Shown here: in pieces, positions 1 through 8,578 of the stretch
How the letters are laid out: each line of letters starts with the position of its first letter
Position numbering within the stretch: position 1 is the stretch's first letter
NCBI GenBank assembly: GCA_964441035.1
Contig: CAYYKF010000005.1
Span: 1-36,408, forward strand
Source: an uncultured Candidatus Poseidoniales archaeon
GTDB taxonomy: Archaea > Thermoplasmatota > Poseidoniia > Poseidoniales > Thalassarchaeaceae
Reading direction: 5' to 3'
DNA length: 36,408 nt
Position numbers and translations under genes: made by a program
The notes under the pieces: model-generated
Told to the model about the DNA's origin: nothing
The model's database searches: none
Seen by the model: the letters and a program-made list of their open reading frames with translations, nothing else

Positions 1-2
1 AC

Positions 3-713
3 ACCCTTACGTCTGCTGATGCGCCTAAGGATGTAGAGAAGTTTGACTATGGCAGCGGCCCCGATCTTTCGTTTGAGGAAGAGCAGTACAAAGCTCCAGT
101 TGTCAAATTGATAGAAATGACTGAGAGCGAGGATATCGAACCAGTACAATCGGCCTCAACCATTGATGATATTGACGAAACTTCCGAAGAACAATTAGAA
201 CCAACTATTGAAGAAAAGCCGGAAATACAACTACCACCAACACCAGCAATTCCAGCAATTCCAGCAATTCCAGTTCCTGTAAATTCAGTTTCTGAAACTC
301 CTCAAGCATCGAATCAATCAGTTACACTGCCGGCAATTCCAGTATTGGAAAAACCAAACAATACTACGGAACCAGCCGACACACCTACCCCTTTGTCCAC
401 TCCTACAGCACCCATAATGGGCATGTGGCCCTGGCCTCAGGCTGACCCTTGGGATGATTCGCAGCTTCGAAAGGCTCTCCGAGAATCTATGGAAGCAGCC
501 AAAGCTGGAAATATGGATGCTGCCAAACGTAGTTTGGTATCATTGGGCCCACATCTGGGCGATCGAATTGATTTGGTATTCCATATCGGTGTACTACTGA
601 AGCGATTTGGCCAAGATGAAGCCATGATACGAATGGTGAAACTTGCCCAAGAAAAATATCCAGAATCTCCAGAAGTTGGAAAGGCGGTCCAACATCTGTT
701 ACCGAAAGCGTGA
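3..713 (+). CDS. hypothetical protein, 5'-partial (runs off the window start); acidic/Pro-rich region plus helical TPR-like C-terminus
   Basis: The frame stays open from nt 3 to the TGA at 711-713. There is no stop upstream of the TTG at 108 used by the ORF track, so the gene probably starts outside the window. The product is Glu/Asp/Pro/Thr-rich and ends in a helical segment (LRKALRESMEAAKAGNMDAAKRSL...). No family recognised. Confidence 0.5.
   Translation, partial: TLTSADAPKDVEKFDYGSGPDLSFEEEQYKAPVVKLIEMTESEDIEPVQSASTIDDIDETSEEQLEPTIEEKPEIQLPPTPAIPAIPAIPVPVNSVSETPQASNQSVTLPAIPVLEKPNNTTEPADTPTPLSTPTAPIMGMWPWPQADPWDDSQLRKALRESMEAAKAGNMDAAKRSLVSLGPHLGDRIDLVFHIGVLLKRFGQDEAMIRMVKLAQEKYPESPEVGKAVQHLLPKA
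243..269 (+). repeat. perfect 3 x 9-bp tandem repeat CCAGCAATT inside the CDS, encoding (Pro-Ala-Ile)x3
   Basis: Read directly: ccagcaatt at 243-251, 252-260 and 261-269. Confidence 0.9.
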
Positions 714-744
714 ACCTCAAACCAAACAGCGCTGTCGTCACATC

Positions 745-1323
745 GTGCAGCCTACCCCCACGTTGGAATCTGTAGGAGACATCTGTCTCATACCTGCAAC
801 CCCTGAATGGCATGCATCAATCATGGCAGGTATTGCTGAAAGTCAACCAGATGTTCGACAGGCATTACCTTGGTTTGAATGGAATCAGCCAATGTCTTCT
901 CAAATCTTTGAATATCTGCAAGAAGTTCAACAAATGGGCAAAGGAGGACTTTCTCACCATTGGGTGGTCAAAGAGGGCGAAAATTTCGCAGGTCTCATCG
1001 CATTTGACCACACGCCTCATTTGGTAATTGGACATTGGAATTTGGGATATTGGATACGTTCAAGTTGCCAAGGTAGAGGTCTTGCGAGCCATTCTATTGA
1101 TGCGGTATTGGGCTGGATTGGTCGTTCTGGCGGAAGTCCTACCGCAGTTGAGATGCGCGTCGACCCCAGTAATGAAGCAGGGGTTGCAACAGCAATTTCT
1201 GCGTGTCGAAGATGGAAAGGATATCGCTTTGAGAAGGGGGATGTTACAGTCGAAGTTGATGGTGAATTTATCTTCCATCATTGCTGGTTGATTCCTCGTT
1301 TGCCATTGGAGGCTTCATCATGA
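745..1323 (+). CDS. GNAT-family N-acetyltransferase (RimJ/RimL-like)
   Basis: The acetyl-CoA binding motif A is CQGRGLASHSIDAVLGWI, preceded by HWVVKEGENFAGLIAFD...GYWI, typical of RimJ-like GNATs. The track start (TTG 643) would overlap the upstream gene by 71 nt. GTG 745 gives about 192 aa; TTG 763 and ATG 823 are alternatives. Confidence 0.75.
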   Translation: MQPTPTLESVGDICLIPATPEWHASIMAGIAESQPDVRQALPWFEWNQPMSSQIFEYLQEVQQMGKGGLSHHWVVKEGENFAGLIAFDHTPHLVIGHWNLGYWIRSSCQGRGLASHSIDAVLGWIGRSGGSPTAVEMRVDPSNEAGVATAISACRRWKGYRFEKGDVTVEVDGEFIFHHCWLIPRLPLEASS

Positions 1324-2090
1324 GTGCATGGCTTAGCGTAGATACCGATGATCTCGTACACTTACCATCGCAAAGAGGACACCCTCACCGCTCATCCAAA
1401 CCGATGCCACATTGGCGAACAGAAGGCTATCGAGCCTCACAGCGATTGCTTGATGCTACGGATCGTTTTGTCGAATGGGCGCGCGAAGGCCCGCCAGTAA
1501 CTGTATTTCTTATTGCAGAGCAATTGGATTGTCTTGAATTCACAAAGCGCATGGACACCCTGTTGACATTTCCAAACATTTCGATTGCGTGTCATGGATG
1601 GGGGCACCGATGTTGGTCAGCATGGCCAGAAGATATGTCCGGGTTCACAGAAATGTTGACCGCTTCTAGAGATAGAATTTCTTCATATGCTGGTCCATCT
1701 TGGCGGCCATGGTTTAGGGCACCAGGAGGATACATTGACTCTTGGATGGCCGGACCATTAGCGGCGACTGGATTTAGCCTAGATTCTTCCGTCAATCCTT
1801 CACGGTGGGTTAATCGAAAAATGGGTGGTAATTGGTTGAAGGTTCAGAATTCAATGATGCAATGTGGAATCATTGAGCGCCCTTGGTTGACCACAAGTTT
1901 TGGTCCAGCTTGTGGACCCGCATTGCATCTGCTCCCATTCTCACTCTTTGCAAAGAGAGCATGGAGGAGAAACTCAATATCAATTTCAGATAATCCTGAA
2001 AATGAAGAAGTCACAGCATTGTATTGGCATCTTTTAGACCACGGCCGAGCATCAGGAAGATGGGAACCACCACTGGCTAAATCAAAGTGA
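1320..2090 (+). CDS. polysaccharide deacetylase (NodB / carbohydrate esterase 4-like)
   Basis: NodB-like motifs are present: SVDTDD (TFDD-like), HGWGH (H-x-x-x-H) and FRAPGGY (RPPxG-like). ATG 1320-1322 overlaps the GNAT stop TGA 1321-1323 (ATGA coupling), so it is preferred over the track start at 1281. Confidence 0.6.
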   Translation: MSAWLSVDTDDLVHLPSQRGHPHRSSKPMPHWRTEGYRASQRLLDATDRFVEWAREGPPVTVFLIAEQLDCLEFTKRMDTLLTFPNISIACHGWGHRCWSAWPEDMSGFTEMLTASRDRISSYAGPSWRPWFRAPGGYIDSWMAGPLAATGFSLDSSVNPSRWVNRKMGGNWLKVQNSMMQCGIIERPWLTTSFGPACGPALHLLPFSLFAKRAWRRNSISISDNPENEEVTALYWHLLDHGRASGRWEPPLAKSK

Positions 2091-4746
2091 TGTCATCTCG
2101 TTGCAATGAAATCCCAAATTCTTTGACAGTTTCTTCAAAGACATTGGAATCGATTTCACCTCGACGTACCATCGAAGAAAGCACAGCTAATACAATGTGT
2201 TCAGCATCGATTTCGAAGAAACGTCGTAATGCCTCGCGCGTATCAGAACGACCGAATCCATCCGTTCCGAGTACCACATAATCGCCTGAAACCCACTGTC
2301 GAATAAGTTCAGGAACAGCCATCATATTGTCACTGACTGCAACGGTCGTACCTACACTGTCATCCAAGTGTTCAGAGACCCAACAAGAACGTGGGGATTC
2401 TGAAGGGTGAAGCCGATTCCATCTTTCTGCATCTGCAGCATCACGTCGAAGTTCTCCATAGGATGTAACCGACCAAATCTCGCAGAGGATATCACGCTCA
2501 GCAAGCATTTCCGCTGCCCGTTCCACCTGCAGCATAATCGGTCCAGAACCCAATAATCGAATATTTGCATTCGATTGTTCTTTGAATCGATACAATCCAC
2601 GTAAAATTCCCTCATCAACTCCTTCCGGTTTGGCCGGCATTGCGTGATTTTCGTTGTAGACTGTGATATAGTGAATAACGTCCTTGTTATCATTGCACAT
2701 TTCATCAATTCCGTGTCGGATAATCGTTGCCAATTCGTAAGCAAAAGCAGGGTCCCATGCACGCACAGCAGGATTGGTCATTGCCATCAAATGTGAGTGC
2801 CCATCTTGATGTTGTAATCCTTCACCATTGAGGGTGGTTCTTCCAGCAGTTGCTCCAATCAAGAAACCTCTTGCACGACTATCGGCTGCGGACCAAATTA
2901 AATCAGCAACACGTTGGAACCCGAACATCGAGTAGTAGATGTAGAACGGTATGGTTGGACAGTTCTGTGCAGTATATGATGTCCCACTGGCAATGAATGT
3001 CGACATTGCCCCTGCTTCATTGATTCCTTCTTCTAGGATTTGACCTTGCTTACTTTCTTTGTATTTCATCAATACTGCATGGTCTACGGGTTTGTACAAT
3101 TGTCCTTCAGGCGCATAGATTCCAAATTCACTGAAGAGTGGGTCCATACCAAATGTTCGGGCTTCATCGGGAACGATTGGAACAACACGTTTACCAAAAT
3201 CTCCAGATTTCATTAAACTCCGCATCAAGCGTACGAAAGCCATTGTAGTGCTAACTTTGAGATTGCCTTTGGTTCCATCATCAAATTCTGCATATGCGTC
3301 TTGTTCCGGTACAGACAAATCCATTTTTTGACTCCGTCTTTCAGGTAGAAATCCATCAAGTTGTTCTCGTTGTTTCAGTAGATAATTGACTTCATCTGGA
3401 AATTTCTCAGGTTGTAGGTAAGGCATTTTTTCCAATTCCTCATCACTGAATTCTAAATCCATCTGATCTCGCATGAATTGTAGCACCGTTTGGTCAGCCT
3501 TCTTTTTTCCATGCGTAGAATTTCTTCCTGCAAAAGAAGGCCCAAGCCCCCATCCTTTGATTGTCCTTGCAAGAATTACTGTGGGACGACCTTTGTGTGC
3601 TCTTGCCGCAGAATAAGCTGCGTAAATTTTGACAGGGTCGTGGCCCCCCACGTCATCGGTCAATGCTTCCAATTCCTCATCTGAAAGGTGGGCAATCATT
3701 GCAGCAAGTTCTGGAGTATTGAATAAATCAGTACGAATTACAGCCCCTTCACCGGTCATGATTCTTTGTTCATCACCATCGGCCATCGTTTCAAGTCGTG
3801 TAGCCAGAATACCTTCAGTATCCCTTGCAAATAATTCATCCCAAGATGAACCCCATAGGCACTTGATGACATTCCATCCTGCACCTGTGAATCTTGCTGC
3901 CAACTCCTGTACAATCTTGCTGTTTCCTCTCACAGGACCATCTAGTCGCTGCAGGTTGCAGTTGACCACCATCACCATATTGTCCAAATTTTCTCTTGAT
4001 GCCAAGGTCAATTCTGAGAGCGATTCAGGTTCATCGGATTCGCCATCACCCATGAAATACCAAGTTGTGCTTTCTGAGGTGTCCACCAAATCCCTGTTGT
4101 GGAGATACCGATTGAATCGCGCTTGGCGTATCGCAGTCATCGATCCTAATCCCATGCTGACGCAAGGATACTCCCAATAATCTGGCATCAAGCGTGGATG
4201 TGGGTAGGAAGACAACCCCTTCTTGAAGGCCTCTTGCCGGAAATTCTCCATTCTATCTTCATCCATACGCCCTTCCATCCAAGCACGGGCATACAGGCCC
4301 GGGCTTGCATGACCCTGCCAATAGACGTGGTCGCCATTGCCAGATCCTTCTTTGCCACGAAAGAAATGATTCAAACCCACTTCCCACAAGTGTGCGGTGC
4401 TTGCATAGGTTGAGATGTGTCCACCAATACCCTCGAAATGTTTGTTTGCACGCGTCACCATCATCATTGCATTCCATCGAATAACATCTAGAATACGTTC
4501 TTCGGTTTGCAAATTCCCAGGAAATGTTGGTTGGTCATCGGGATGAATCGTGTTGACGTATGCTGTGTTCGTTAATTCCCCAACAGGAACGCCTGCAGAA
4601 CTTGCTGCAGTTACAGTTTCTTGCAGCAGGTGACGGGCTCGTGCGGCGCCGAGATGTTCTTCAACAGACAAGATGGCCTCACGCCATTCTGCAGTTTCCT
4701 CTTCATCAGAGTCGGGAAGTGCACTTCGGTAGTCATCACTGCCCAT
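2077..4746 (-). CDS. aceE: pyruvate dehydrogenase E1 component, homodimeric (AceE) type
   Basis: 889 aa. GGHISTYASTAHLWEVGLNHFFRGK...GDHVYWQGHASPGLYARAWMEGRMDEDRMENFRQE is nearly collinear with the E. coli AceE ThDP-binding region. Length and N-terminus are typical of AceE. Confidence 0.9.
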   Translation of the reverse strand: MGSDDYRSALPDSDEEETAEWREAILSVEEHLGAARARHLLQETVTAASSAGVPVGELTNTAYVNTIHPDDQPTFPGNLQTEERILDVIRWNAMMMVTRANKHFEGIGGHISTYASTAHLWEVGLNHFFRGKEGSGNGDHVYWQGHASPGLYARAWMEGRMDEDRMENFRQEAFKKGLSSYPHPRLMPDYWEYPCVSMGLGSMTAIRQARFNRYLHNRDLVDTSESTTWYFMGDGESDEPESLSELTLASRENLDNMVMVVNCNLQRLDGPVRGNSKIVQELAARFTGAGWNVIKCLWGSSWDELFARDTEGILATRLETMADGDEQRIMTGEGAVIRTDLFNTPELAAMIAHLSDEELEALTDDVGGHDPVKIYAAYSAARAHKGRPTVILARTIKGWGLGPSFAGRNSTHGKKKADQTVLQFMRDQMDLEFSDEELEKMPYLQPEKFPDEVNYLLKQREQLDGFLPERRSQKMDLSVPEQDAYAEFDDGTKGNLKVSTTMAFVRLMRSLMKSGDFGKRVVPIVPDEARTFGMDPLFSEFGIYAPEGQLYKPVDHAVLMKYKESKQGQILEEGINEAGAMSTFIASGTSYTAQNCPTIPFYIYYSMFGFQRVADLIWSAADSRARGFLIGATAGRTTLNGEGLQHQDGHSHLMAMTNPAVRAWDPAFAYELATIIRHGIDEMCNDNKDVIHYITVYNENHAMPAKPEGVDEGILRGLYRFKEQSNANIRLLGSGPIMLQVERAAEMLAERDILCEIWSVTSYGELRRDAADAERWNRLHPSESPRSCWVSEHLDDSVGTTVAVSDNMMAVPELIRQWVSGDYVVLGTDGFGRSDTREALRRFFEIDAEHIVLAVLSSMVRRGEIDSNVFEETVKEFGISLQRDDITLI

Positions 4747-4891
4747 ACGATTGCCTCCTGATTTGTTCGGCTGAATGATTTGACTTGAATCAATCGCTAT
4801 TAGAAAACATTGCGAATAGTTCGAATACTTGCTATTAATTGACTATTTTCACATTTTTGGCGAATGACCTCAATTGGGTTGCTTTAATAGC

Positions 4892-4910
4892 GCCCTCCTT
4901 ACAGGAGGGC
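4892..4910 (+). promoter_or_regulatory. 7-bp perfect hairpin (GCCCTCC-ttaca-GGAGGGC) whose 3' arm is the Shine-Dalgarno-like GGAGGG, 3 nt upstream of the ATG at 4913
   Basis: Read directly from the sequence. The pairing 4892-4898 with 4904-4910 is all Watson-Crick. Confidence 0.3.
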
Positions 4911-4912
4911 AC

Positions 4913-7900
4913 ATGAGCACTCGCTATGTGAACACGGTTCTAATGGCTATTCTAATGATTTTGATGACCATGAACGGATATCTGGATTACAATCCCGAAG
5001 TAGAAGATGAAGACTCCAAAGAATTACGAGATGTTGTCGATGAATCGTTCGCACCAAGTCCAGGACACGTTGTTTTGGCTGAATATATAGGAGGACAGAA
5101 TTGTCCTCCGTGTTATGGATACTCTAGTCCTGACTTGAAGTCTCTCAGGAATAGCAATCCAGATGAATTTGTTTACATCTCATACATCGCCGCCGATTAT
5201 GGAAATATTCGTTCAGCGCAAGCAGGAGATGTGGCTCCAATCAATCGTATCAGTCATCTTGCAACAGATACAGGCAGTAACAGTGCTCCTCGCGCATACT
5301 TCGGTGATTGCGCACATGGCTCCACCTCCTGTTATATGGGTGGAGCACTGACTAATGGCAAGACATACGACGATTTCTTTTCAGGTGTCAACGGCAAATC
5401 GAATAACATGGCTGCTTCTGTGAATGATTATCAATTGTTCATCTCACAATCTCAGAACGGTCCTGACGCCGATATTACGGTTGAAGCAACGTACACTGGA
5501 GGCGGTACAGTAGACGTTCGAGTTCTTGCAGCAGTGACGGAGGACTCCTGCAATTCACACCCGTACAACGATGGCTCAAAAGCCGGTCATTGTTGGAAGA
5601 AGTGGTTGGTTGACTCAACAAATTCCGGTCCTATTTCGATGACGTTGTCTAGCACACCCTCAACCTACACATGGACCGTTCCAGTAACTACGGTGAATGG
5701 TGGAATGAGCAACATGCTTTCTATCGCATGGCTGCAAGATGATTGGACCAGTGGTGGTACAAGGCACAGTGTCCTCTCTGCGTCGGATTCGTCTATGGTT
5801 CCATTGATTGATGTGGGTGTATCTGATTTTGATGTCACCAATCAAGATGGTAAGCCCGGCTTCAAGACAGGTGACACACTTGACCTCGACCTCACAATCA
5901 CGAACAATGGTGTTGATCCTTACACTGATGGAGGTACCATTTCTGTTTACCATGTCGATGGAACCAATGTCCAATTGATTGATAGTACATCCATTAATTC
6001 CCTTTCAAACACTGGTACTGCTAAGTCTCAATCGTTCTCCACCACCTTTGATACTTCATCGGTGGCAACGACTGCTCACGGTCTTGAAAACTTCAAGGTA
6101 GAATTGACTGGATTGGTGGCGGATGGCCGTGGCCCTAATAATGCCGCCACAGAATATGTGCCTCACGACTTCACCCCATCAACAGACCTACCACAAGCAG
6201 ATGGTTCAACTGCCATTCCAAGAGGTGGTACGCTTGACTTTGACATCACAGGTCATCCTCGTGACAGTATCGATACCTTGGTGACAATGACGCCAGAGTT
6301 TGAAGTGAGCCCAACAGGCCAAAATTCTTGGTCGACTGAGTGGGTAACCGCGCCAAATAGCATTACAGCAGAAGGCACCATCTACGAGCGCTATGTGTTC
6401 ATCGTTGAACCTGTTGCAACTGCAGCAAGTGGTGATTATGACGTGCGTGCACGATTTACGGATGATCGTGGACAAGAAGGAGAATGGAAGATTTCCAGCG
6501 AAGCTTTTGAACTACTCAATGGTATACCGCTTGTGATTGATCCAACCCAGCCTGGGAATACACCTGCCAGTTGCCCAGCATTCCCTGGACCACCTACCGT
6601 TAAAGTCGATACCAACGAATGGGTATCACTCTCGGGTCGGGTTTGCGATGCAGAGACACCGTTGAGCAGTCTTGGAATAACGAGTAGTAGTCCAGCGTTT
6701 GTTGATTGGCACCCTTCCAATTCTACGATTCAAGTTCTCTTTACATCAATGCAGTATGACAGCATGGGCAACCCATTACCACAGGGTATTTCCCTGTCTC
6801 TAGATGACGGCGAAGACACTAACACAGGTACGTTATTGTTTGACGTGATAGAAAATGGCCAACCACGTTGGTCAAGTGTTCCAGCCCAATCTTTCGTTGA
6901 AGGGGGAGGGGTAAACCTCGCTCTTGCGCAGTATCTTTCAGACACTACAGCTGATGGGATGCACGATTCCAGTGTCATGGACCTCTCACTTTCAGTTGTA
7001 TCAACAACACCTTCAGGAATATTAAGCGCTGAAATTTGGGGTAATAACTTGGCTTTGAATGCAATTGATGACGATGTATTTGGTAATGTCATTGTAAGAG
7101 TTAAAGCCACAGATCTTGATGGACAATCGGGAGAGACAGACATACTTGTAGAGGTCTCAAACATTAATGATGCACCCCGATTTGATAACACCGGGTTGGA
7201 CAACCTCATGGTGCAAAAGAATGAGTATCTTGAATTGGATTTAGCCTCAAGAGTGACTGATATCGATGGTGATGATACACAAGTCTGGATTGAGACCACC
7301 TACGTGACCCCACCATACAATCCGCTTTCGGGTATTCTGAACATGTCATGGAATCTAGTTGACAATTACACAGTGACTATTACAGCAACTGATTCTGATG
7401 GAGCCGTTGGCACAGGTCCTGAATGGACCTTTGTTGTGAAAGTAGTTGAGCATTTGCCGTTGACTTGGAGTACTGATGGAGTGACAGGTGATTTTGATCG
7501 AGACGTGACCAATGTTGAGGTTGGAGAGAATGCCTCAGTTTACATAACTCAACTTAGCGCAACTGAACTTTCCAATATTGAAATCAGATGGCAAGCATGT
7601 AATTTGGATTCTCTCATTTGCCACACTTCCGGTGATGAATCAGTTGCTCAAAACGATTTGCTGCAAGGCTATAGTTTCACAACTGACATCGCACATGATG
7701 ATGGCTTTACTTATGGTCTACTCGATAATGATGAACTCAAAATCTATGTTCAAGGTGTAGGCACAAATGGCTTTGACTATAAATCCACAGCAATTTCATA
7801 CATTGTAGAATCTGCATCCCAAGTTAACAATGAAACCGGTGATGGAGATGGAGATAACAATGGAACTGGGAATGACGACGATTCAGAAAAGAAATCAGAA

Positions 7901-8239
7901 GGAATGGATAGTGTGGTACTAGGTGGAATTATCGGTTTGGTTATTCTGTTGATCGTGGCAGGAGTACTGGTTGCAATGTTCTTGCGAGGTGGCCGAAGTG
8001 AAGAGGCCCCAGTCAATTGGGGTGCAGCACATTCACTCGAGGCATCTACTGCAGCACCGATATCAGCAGCACCAGCAGCCCCGGCAGCCGTTGCAACATC
8101 AGAAATGGTCTCAGATTACACACACCTACTTCCTGGTGGGCAGTACATTACAGGACAAGCGGGAGAAACTGTATATTTGGCTCCAAATGGCACTGCTTGG
8201 ACCATGCAAGCAGATAATTCGTTTATTCGAACATCATGA
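4913..8239 (+). CDS. large cell-surface protein: N-terminal signal anchor, thioredoxin-like CPPC region, Ig/cadherin-like repeats, C-terminal TM anchor
   Basis: ATG 4913 (MSTRYVNTVLMAILMILMTMNG) is preferred over TTG 4874. Recognisable elements are VVLAEYIGGQNCPPCYG (Omp28-like thioredoxin-fold pattern), the cadherin signature VEVSNINDAPRFD, Ca-binding-like ATDLDGQSGE / VTDIDGDD / ATDSDGAVG, and the C-terminal TM VVLGGIIGLVILLIVAGVLVAMF followed by a short tail. Confidence 0.8.
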   Translation: MSTRYVNTVLMAILMILMTMNGYLDYNPEVEDEDSKELRDVVDESFAPSPGHVVLAEYIGGQNCPPCYGYSSPDLKSLRNSNPDEFVYISYIAADYGNIRSAQAGDVAPINRISHLATDTGSNSAPRAYFGDCAHGSTSCYMGGALTNGKTYDDFFSGVNGKSNNMAASVNDYQLFISQSQNGPDADITVEATYTGGGTVDVRVLAAVTEDSCNSHPYNDGSKAGHCWKKWLVDSTNSGPISMTLSSTPSTYTWTVPVTTVNGGMSNMLSIAWLQDDWTSGGTRHSVLSASDSSMVPLIDVGVSDFDVTNQDGKPGFKTGDTLDLDLTITNNGVDPYTDGGTISVYHVDGTNVQLIDSTSINSLSNTGTAKSQSFSTTFDTSSVATTAHGLENFKVELTGLVADGRGPNNAATEYVPHDFTPSTDLPQADGSTAIPRGGTLDFDITGHPRDSIDTLVTMTPEFEVSPTGQNSWSTEWVTAPNSITAEGTIYERYVFIVEPVATAASGDYDVRARFTDDRGQEGEWKISSEAFELLNGIPLVIDPTQPGNTPASCPAFPGPPTVKVDTNEWVSLSGRVCDAETPLSSLGITSSSPAFVDWHPSNSTIQVLFTSMQYDSMGNPLPQGISLSLDDGEDTNTGTLLFDVIENGQPRWSSVPAQSFVEGGGVNLALAQYLSDTTADGMHDSSVMDLSLSVVSTTPSGILSAEIWGNNLALNAIDDDVFGNVIVRVKATDLDGQSGETDILVEVSNINDAPRFDNTGLDNLMVQKNEYLELDLASRVTDIDGDDTQVWIETTYVTPPYNPLSGILNMSWNLVDNYTVTITATDSDGAVGTGPEWTFVVKVVEHLPLTWSTDGVTGDFDRDVTNVEVGENASVYITQLSATELSNIEIRWQACNLDSLICHTSGDESVAQNDLLQGYSFTTDIAHDDGFTYGLLDNDELKIYVQGVGTNGFDYKSTAISYIVESASQVNNETGDGDGDNNGTGNDDDSEKKSEGMDSVVLGGIIGLVILLIVAGVLVAMFLRGGRSEEAPVNWGAAHSLEASTAAPISAAPAAPAAVATSEMVSDYTHLLPGGQYITGQAGETVYLAPNGTAWTMQADNSFIRTS

Positions 8240-8339
8240 AAGTACAGACATCGACCGGGTTTGTTTACCTCTAGAGCCCAATCCTTAGCGGATTCCGCGT
8301 ACTGAATGATTAAGAGCGGTCGACAGAGGCCGCAGGGCC

Positions 8340-8519
8340 ATGTCTGTTGAGGCTATGGTACAAGGAATGATTGACACGCTGAATGACGCTATGGGAGATG
8401 CTGCAAAGCATGACCGTGGAAACTCTGCCGCGGGCACACGTGTCCGCAAGGCAATGCAGTCCATCAAGGGCAGCGCACAAGATGTGCGCAAGCAGGTTCA
8501 GGCCGACAAGAACGCGTGA
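8340..8519 (+). CDS. small basic protein with histone H1-like Hc1 N-terminal-domain pattern (59 aa)
   Basis: Absent from the ORF track because it has 59 codons. ATG 8340, TGA 8517-8519, in-frame TGA upstream at 8307-8309. The translation is MSVEAMVQGMIDTLNDAMGDAAKHDRGNSAAGTRVRKAMQSIKGSAQDVRKQVQADKNA. The segment GN-x-AAG-x-R-x-RK..IK..A...RK matches my recollection of the Hc1 (PF07432) conserved core. The three longer overlapping track ORFs translate to low-plausibility sequence. Confidence 0.6.
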   Translation: MSVEAMVQGMIDTLNDAMGDAAKHDRGNSAAGTRVRKAMQSIKGSAQDVRKQVQADKNA

Positions 8520-8544
8520 AACAATTTCGTTCTGGAACGTTTGT

Positions 8545-8575
8545 GCCCCCGTCTGGGTTTCCCTCAGGTGGGGGC
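8545..8575. terminator. 13-bp stem-loop (G:C clamp GCCCCC/GGGGGC plus inner pairs with G:U) between convergent genes; candidate bidirectional terminator
   Basis: Positions 8545-8557 pair with 8563-8575, with loop tttcc. It lies 26 nt after the Hc1-like stop and 4 nt after the stop of the minus-strand membrane protein gene. Archaeal termination is usually oligo-T driven, so the function is uncertain. Confidence 0.3.
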
Positions 8576-8578
8576 CTT

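Noticed and set aside
3629-4180. 183-aa plus-strand ORF inside aceE, and similar long antisense ORFs at 6730..7299(-) and 31304..31813(+)
   Set aside because: They are shadow ORFs inside strongly supported genes (aceE, the adhesin, the NSUN methyltransferase). Their composition is Ser/Cys/Arg-rich.
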